Shown here: positions 58,400 through 64,000 of the stretch, piece after piece
Numbering within the stretch: position 1 is the stretch's first letter
Layout of the letters: every line of letters starts with the position of its first letter
The notes under the pieces: model-generated
What the model was told of the DNA's origin: nothing
Database searches by the model: none
The model's input: the letters and a program-made list of their open reading frames with translations, nothing else
Made by a program: the position numbers and the translations under genes
Origin: Phycisphaerae bacterium
GTDB lineage: Bacteria; Planctomycetota; Phycisphaerae; UBA1845
NCBI GenBank assembly: GCA_963666835.2
Contig: CAXXGO010000001.1
Coordinates: 1,888,001-1,952,000, forward strand
DNA length: 64,000 bases
Reading direction: 5' to 3'

Positions 58400-58861
58400 C
58401 TAGTCGTCGTTCTTGGGGAACACCCACTCGGCGTTGGCCGGAGCGTATTCGAGCAGCGCGCCGCCTTCAAAATAGAGCGCGATTTCCGTAGCGGCCGACT
58501 CCGGCGAGTCGCTGCCATGGACAAGATTGAATGACCGGCTGGCTCCGAAATCGCCGCGAATCGTACCGGGAGAAGCCTCGTAGCCAAAGGTTTGGCCCAT
58601 GAGCGTTCGCGATATCTCGATCGACCGAGGTCCTTCCAGCACCATGACGATCACCGGACCGCTGGTGATGTAGTCGATCAGGCCCGGATAGAAGGGTTTG
58701 CCCTGGTGCGGCGCGTAGTGTCGCTCGGCCAGCTCGCGCGTGATCTGCATGAGCTTCATCCCCACGATGGCCAGCCCTTTGTCTTCGAAGCGTTGAATTA
58801 TGCGCCCAGTCAAGCGGCGTTGTATGGCGTCCGGTTTGAGAATAATCAGTGTCTGTTCCAT
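58400..58861 (-). CDS. ndk: nucleoside diphosphate kinase
   Basis: EQTLIILKPDA, HYAPH, PGTIRGDF, NLVHGSDS. Confidence 0.96.
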   Translation of the reverse strand: MEQTLIILKPDAIQRRLTGRIIQRFEDKGLAIVGMKLMQITRELAERHYAPHQGKPFYPGLIDYITSGPVIVMVLEGPRSIEISRTLMGQTFGYEASPGTIRGDFGASRSFNLVHGSDSPESAATEIALYFEGGALLEYAPANAEWVFPKNDD

Positions 58862-59320
58862 TCTACCTTCCTGCAATTCGAAAAACAGTAACCCTGCCGG
58901 ACGGGTTGAACCCCCAGCGCGACCTCCATCGTACGCTGGAACGTGATCTACGGCCAGTGGTCGGAGGCCCCCGGCGTTGCGACGTTATGAGGGCTTCGCC
59001 TGGCACGAACCGCTCTCGAGGCGACGTGCGCTGGAATAAAGGGAAGGGGACGCTCCGGGAGCGGTTGTCGAGGACGACGACGAACCCCCGGCCTGGCAGA
59101 CGGGTGAAGTGCGTCCGCCGGGTGGAGCGGCTTACGGGAATCGCCGAGCCTCAACGAATGTGCCTTTCGGGGGTCACCAAGAAGCACTGTCAACTATTGG
59201 TCTTCAAGCGGAACAATGACGCCTCCCGGCTCGACGAACTCGATCCGGCTTAAGGTGCAGGACTCGGTGTTTGCCCCGCCGCCGCTTGCGCGGCAACGTC
59301 GCCCCATGCTGTTGTTCGGG

Positions 59321-60076
59321 CTATCGATGCAGGAGGTCGCGGACCCATTGCATGGTTGTCTGTCGTCCAAGCCTCGCGATGGAGTCGGTCAGCGGGATCT
59401 CCTTTGGGCAGACCTTCACGCAGTTCTGCGCATTGCCGCAGTCGGTCAGACCTCCGTCTCCCATGATGGCGTGCAACCGGTCGGCCTTGCCGAACTTACC
59501 CGTCGGGTGTGAGTTGTGCAGGTCAACCTGGGCGAGCGGGGCCGGGCCGATAAACTTCGAATCCGCGTGGAACTGCGGGCAGGCTTCCATGCAACATCCG
59601 CACGTCATGCACCGGGAGAGCAAGTAGCGGACCGATTGCTCTTCGGCGGGGATGAGCGGGGCATGCCGGTGAGTATCCCATGACCCATCCATCGGCACCC
59701 AGCTCTTGACCTTGAGGAGAGCGTCGAACATCTTCTGCCGGTCTACCATCAAATCACGAATGAGGGGGAACTTGCTCAAAGGCTCCAAGACGATCGGCTG
59801 CTCGAGGTCGTCAATCAACGCGGCACATGCCTGGCGGGGCACCCCGTTAACCAACATTGAGCAGGCTCCGCAGACTTCCTCCATGCAGTTGGAGTCCCAT
59901 ACGACCGGCTCTACCCGGCGGCCCTCGATGTTCACTGGATTCTCGCGCAGGTACATCAGCGCCGAGACCACGTTGTGGTTCGGCGAGTAGGGCATCTTGA
60001 ACTCTTCCCAGCGCGCCGGTGCATCCGGCCCGTCTTGCCGCTTTATCTTGAAGTGGATCTCTTTCTTCTCGGCCAT
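59321..60076 (-). CDS. sdhB: succinate dehydrogenase iron-sulfur subunit
   Basis: CMEEVCGAC, CMTCGCCMEAC, CGNAQNCVKVC. Confidence 0.95.
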   Translation of the reverse strand: MAEKKEIHFKIKRQDGPDAPARWEEFKMPYSPNHNVVSALMYLRENPVNIEGRRVEPVVWDSNCMEEVCGACSMLVNGVPRQACAALIDDLEQPIVLEPLSKFPLIRDLMVDRQKMFDALLKVKSWVPMDGSWDTHRHAPLIPAEEQSVRYLLSRCMTCGCCMEACPQFHADSKFIGPAPLAQVDLHNSHPTGKFGKADRLHAIMGDGGLTDCGNAQNCVKVCPKEIPLTDSIARLGRQTTMQWVRDLLHR

Positions 60077-60092
60077 ACTCCGTCTCCAGTGT

Positions 60093-61982
60093 CTACCGGT
60101 AGTCTCTCGGTTTGTCCGGCGGAAGCACCGAGGTGTCTACCGGCTTGTAGTCGATCTTGGGGCCGTCATCCGTGTACGTGACAATGGTGTGCTTGAGCCA
60201 CTTCTCGTTGTTGGCCTTCCACTTCGCCTTGTATTCCGCGTACTCGGGATCGCCTTCGAACTTGCCTTCGGGAATCTCCAACTCGAACTCGGCCTTATAG
60301 TGCGAACCGCGGCACTCATCGCGCAGGCGGGCTCCTTTGGCTATAGCCTCCGCGAGGACAATCATATCCTGAACCTGCCGAGCCCACGACAGCGACTGGT
60401 TGGCCCACGTAGAGTGATCGTCCAGCGAGATCTTCGTCGCGCGCTCTTTGAGCTTGCCGATACCGTCGAGGGCTTCATCCAAGCCGGCGTTGGAACGTTC
60501 GACGAACACGTGTTCGCGCATGAGATCGCCCAGGTTGTGGTGGAGCGTGAAGCTGTTCTCACCACCGCTGGACGACATTATCCCCTTGTTGATCTGCTCC
60601 TGACGCTGTTGCTCTGTCTCGAAGAGGCTCTCGGGCAACCCATTGGCGCCACCCTTCCCCATCCCTTTCAGATAGGCCACAGCCGAATCGCCCGCGACTC
60701 TACCACTGAACGACGCGCTGAGCAGGGAGTTTGCGCCCAGCCTATTGGCTCCGTGATAGGCGAAGTCACATTCCCCGGCCGCATACAGCCCGGGGATGCT
60801 CGTCGCGTGGTTCTTGGGGTGTACTCGGGCCATGCCGCCCGTAGTCTCGTCCTTCTCGAAGTCCACCCACAAGCCGCCCATCGAATAGTGAGTTGACGGG
60901 AAGATCTTCATGGGACGTTCGCACGGGTCCTCCCCGAAGAACGTCCGGTACATCTCCAGAATCCCGCCGAGACGCGTCTCGAGGAACTCGCGCGGTTTGT
61001 GCGTCAGATCCAGATAAACGAGATCCTTGCCTTCGAGGCCGAGACCCATGTGTCGCACTGCCCGGCAGATGGCCCGCGACGCGACATCGCGCGGCACCGT
61101 GTTCCCGTAGGCCGGGTACCACTCTTCAAGGAAGTAGAACCGCTCCTCCTCCGGAATCTCCAGCGGGTCGCGGGTGTCGCCGGCTTTCTTGGGTACCCAG
61201 ACTCGTCCGCCCTCGCCGCGGCACGCTTCCGACATCAGCCGGTTCTTGTCATGCCCCGGCATGCCGGTCGGATGGAACTGGATGAACTCGCCGTTGGCGA
61301 ACTTGGCTCCCTGCTTGAATACGCGGGCGGCGGGCGCACCCGAGGAGTTGCTCGACATCGTCGATCGCCCGTAGATCAACGCCAGACCGCCGGTCGCCAG
61401 AATCACCGCGTCGCCCCGGAAGGCCCGGACCTTCATCGAGCTAAGATCCAGCGCCGCGATGCCCCTGCACGTGCCGGATTCATCAAGCACGAGCGAGAGG
61501 AAATCCCAGCCTTCGTATTTGTTGACCGCGCCCAGCGACTCATGATAACGAACCTGTTCATCGACCGCGTACAACAATTGCTGCCCGGTCGTGCCCCCGG
61601 CAAAAGCCGTTCGACGGTTCTTGACTCCGCCGAACAACCGCTGGTCCATAATCCCCTCGGCGGTGCGGCTGAACGTCACGCCCATGCGGTCGAACGTGCG
61701 GATCACGCCGGGCGCTTCTTCGCACAGGTTCCTGATCGGAGGCTGGTCGGCCAGGTAGTCGCCACCTTTGATAGTGTCGACAATGTGCTGCCAGATCGAA
61801 TCGTTCTGCCCTTTGATGTCCAACACCGCATTGATGCCGCCTTGAGCGCAGCAGGAATGGGAGCGCTTGACCGGGAACAGCGAGAAGAGGTCTACCGGAA
61901 AGCCCGCCTCCGCGATTCGCAAGGTGGCCCACAGGCCCCCCAAGCCGCCGCCGACCACGATCACTCTTGGTTTTGTTGCCAT
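60093..61982 (-). CDS. sdhA: succinate dehydrogenase flavoprotein subunit
   Basis: GGGLGG, RSHSCCAQGGIN, QFHPT, SEACRGEGG, HYSMGG, HGANRLGANSL. Confidence 0.95.
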   Translation of the reverse strand: MATKPRVIVVGGGLGGLWATLRIAEAGFPVDLFSLFPVKRSHSCCAQGGINAVLDIKGQNDSIWQHIVDTIKGGDYLADQPPIRNLCEEAPGVIRTFDRMGVTFSRTAEGIMDQRLFGGVKNRRTAFAGGTTGQQLLYAVDEQVRYHESLGAVNKYEGWDFLSLVLDESGTCRGIAALDLSSMKVRAFRGDAVILATGGLALIYGRSTMSSNSSGAPAARVFKQGAKFANGEFIQFHPTGMPGHDKNRLMSEACRGEGGRVWVPKKAGDTRDPLEIPEEERFYFLEEWYPAYGNTVPRDVASRAICRAVRHMGLGLEGKDLVYLDLTHKPREFLETRLGGILEMYRTFFGEDPCERPMKIFPSTHYSMGGLWVDFEKDETTGGMARVHPKNHATSIPGLYAAGECDFAYHGANRLGANSLLSASFSGRVAGDSAVAYLKGMGKGGANGLPESLFETEQQRQEQINKGIMSSSGGENSFTLHHNLGDLMREHVFVERSNAGLDEALDGIGKLKERATKISLDDHSTWANQSLSWARQVQDMIVLAEAIAKGARLRDECRGSHYKAEFELEIPEGKFEGDPEYAEYKAKWKANNEKWLKHTIVTYTDDGPKIDYKPVDTSVLPPDKPRDYR

Positions 61983-62026
61983 AAAAGAAATCCCTGGAAG
62001 CCGATCTTCTGGGTGAAAATCCGCCG

Positions 62027-62767
62027 TTACGAGGGACGGATCCCGGCGTCCTCAAAGGTCGAACCGTGACTCTCCGTAACCGCCGGTGGGGAGTGCGTTG
62101 GAACGTCCATCGTCTTGAGTCTGACCAGCGAACCCATACCCAGCAAGGTGAGCAGAATACCGATGATTGCACATGCTCCGCCGCTGATTACCTGTGATCT
62201 CGGGCCGATCGTAATACCCCAGGAGATCAGGAACGTCCAAATCCCGTTCGCGAGATGGAAGACGGCAAGAAGCACTCCCAGAGCATAGACCGGGCCGGCC
62301 CAGAGCTTCGCCATCGCCGACACCGCGGTCTCCGCGGCGGAATGCGGATCGAACGCGGCCTCACCGATGATCCAATGCACGTGCCAAAGATGGATTACGA
62401 TGAAGATCAGTACGGCGATTCCCGTCCAGCGCTGCAGCGTATAACGCAGGTTCCCCCCATAGCGAAACGCCATAAGGTTCGGCTTGCTGGTAAGCCAGAT
62501 AAGCAGGCCGACGATCGCATGAAACGCGATCGGCAGAAAGATGAAACACACTTCGACCATCTTGAGGATGCCCAGGTTGGCGAGCAGGTGGATCTGATCC
62601 ACCGCAAACTGGAAGGCGTCGCCGCCCGCGATGATCGTGGCGTTCACCGACAGGTGAATGCAGATAAACACTCCCACCGGGATGATGCCCGAAAGGGAGT
62701 GCAGCCGCCTGATCAGGAAATGGTATCGTTCGCTTAACGACTCTGGTTCCAAGGTCACGTCTGCCAC
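62027..62767 (-). CDS. sdhC: succinate dehydrogenase cytochrome b558 subunit (single anchor, Bacillus-type)
   Basis: RRLHSLSGIIP, CIHL, FHAI, LQRWTG, FHLANG. Confidence 0.92.
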   Translation of the reverse strand: MADVTLEPESLSERYHFLIRRLHSLSGIIPVGVFICIHLSVNATIIAGGDAFQFAVDQIHLLANLGILKMVEVCFIFLPIAFHAIVGLLIWLTSKPNLMAFRYGGNLRYTLQRWTGIAVLIFIVIHLWHVHWIIGEAAFDPHSAAETAVSAMAKLWAGPVYALGVLLAVFHLANGIWTFLISWGITIGPRSQVISGGACAIIGILLTLLGMGSLVRLKTMDVPTHSPPAVTESHGSTFEDAGIRPS

Positions 62768-63064
62768 AACGTTTGCTTCCTTGACTCTGCGGGTTACCAA
62801 CGCGTCGAACCCCGAGTAAAGGGCTACTTACCGCGATACGTGGCCCCTTACTTCTTCAGGCGTTCGGATGGTTGGGATTATAGAGTTCTCGGGATGGCGA
62901 GCAAGCTGGATGGGGCAGGTCGCGGAGCGGCGTTGCCGGGTGGGGCCGTCCCGGAAATAGGCGACGCTCTTGACGAGTTCCGGGGCAAGGCGTACCGGCT
63001 ACATACGCCGAGTTACAGATGGGCCGTTTTGTGATGGCCGGAGGCGCTTTCGGGAGCAGATACA

Positions 63065-63538
63065 ATGGGCCGAGACTACGACGAGTTTACGCGAACTCTT
63101 GGGGGCCTGGCCGGCGACCGGACGGCGCGGATGCAGAAGGTCGTTGACGTCCTTTGGGACGGTATGCACCCCGACGGTGTGTCCTGGGTCGGGTTCTACG
63201 TTCACGAAGGCGGCGATGAGCTGATTCTCGGCCCCCGGCGCGACGGGCCGGCCTGTTCACCGATCGGACTCCATGGCGCCTGCGGGCGGGCTTTCGTAGC
63301 TCGTGAGGCCATGATTGTCCGAGACGTTGCCCAGCTTGGCGAGGGCTACATCGCGTGCGATCCGCGAGATCGGTCTGAGGTTGTATTGCCGGTTTTCGAC
63401 GATGCGGGGGCATGCTGGGGCGTGCTGGACCTGGACAGTCACGAGGTCGGCTCCTTCGGAGATGCCGACGTACTCGGGCTGCAAGCGGTGCTCGTGGCGG
63501 CCGGTTTGACCACCGCTGCCGCTTCGCCGACCGACTGA
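63065..63538 (+). CDS. GAF domain protein, free methionine-R-sulfoxide reductase-like
   Basis: WVGFY, GPAC..GACG, IACD..SEVVLP, GVLDLDS. Confidence 0.8.
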   Translation: MGRDYDEFTRTLGGLAGDRTARMQKVVDVLWDGMHPDGVSWVGFYVHEGGDELILGPRRDGPACSPIGLHGACGRAFVAREAMIVRDVAQLGEGYIACDPRDRSEVVLPVFDDAGACWGVLDLDSHEVGSFGDADVLGLQAVLVAAGLTTAAASPTD

Positions 63539-63710
63539 ACCCCACACAATCGAAGTGGCGATAATCTGCCGTTAGCCAATCGGAGAATATTTAAGCCGGG
63601 ATCACGAATCCTCTCGCGTGAACGGGGGATGGTTGCGCCCGGCGCGTGTTGTGCCTGCGGACGAATCGGCCGAGACGCGGTCGGCCCCGTCAAGCTCAGG
63701 GTGATCGCTG

Positions 63711-64000
63711 ATGAGGGACTCCGGCGAAGTTGACGTTACCCCGCGACCGAACCACGTCACGATTTGTGACGTACCGGTGGCATGCGTCGAGCTGGACCGT
63801 TACTGTGAGGACTGCGGGTATAACCTGCGCACGCTGACCGTAACCAGAGACGAACGTACCGGGATTCCGATTGTCCGTTGTACGGAGTGCGGGCGGTATC
63901 AACCGGCCAATAACACGTCGACGGCGCTGAAACCGCTGCAGCAGCGCATTTCAATGGTGTTGCTGTTCTCGTGGATGATGGCGATCGTCGGCTTGTTTGT
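63711..64000 (+). CDS. zinc-ribbon membrane protein, 3'-truncated (absent from the ORF track)
   Basis: Hand translation MRDSGEVD..YCEDCGYNLRTL..VRCTECG..then hydrophobic MVLLFSWMMAIVGLF; open to the window end. Confidence 0.7.
   Translation, partial: MRDSGEVDVTPRPNHVTICDVPVACVELDRYCEDCGYNLRTLTVTRDERTGIPIVRCTECGRYQPANNTSTALKPLQQRISMVLLFSWMMAIVGLF

Noticed and set aside
58862..59320. ncRNA or small gene between sdhB and ndk
   Set aside because: The short ORFs lack protein-like features and I recognised no RNA family signature.

Overview
High-GC bacterial chromosomal window of about 53 protein-coding genes. Gene style (a large TPR/PQQ-propeller protein, a CxxCGYNL zinc-ribbon membrane protein, PEP-CTERM genes) suggests Planctomycetota, probably Phycisphaerae; this is inference. 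Core genes: hldE-gmhA, ribE-pdxA, mtnP, mutM, clpB, ftcD, gcvT-gcvH, ndk and sdhCAB. Accessory genes: two signalling pairs (OmpR/histidine kinase and BlaI/M56), dispersed exopolysaccharide and PEP-CTERM/XrtA-associated genes, three tandem exported multi-domain PPIases, PilZ proteins and an orphan cheB. The best hidden feature is a membrane-anchored peroxiredoxin-like selenoprotein (15152-15913, minus) that the ORF track splits in two. It has an in-frame TGA in FYRGHW-U-PWC, directly followed by a SECIS-like hairpin with the same AGGUCU apex as E. coli fdhF. Other non-coding signals: a structured non-FMN leader before ribE, a switch-like leader before gcvT, BlaI-type operators, sigma54-type promoters, and two REP/REPIN clusters that each enclose a small gene. 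pdxA and one glycosyltransferase carry +1 frameshifts. No rRNA, tRNA, CRISPR array or transposase was recognised. All calls come from reading motifs by eye; no database search was run.
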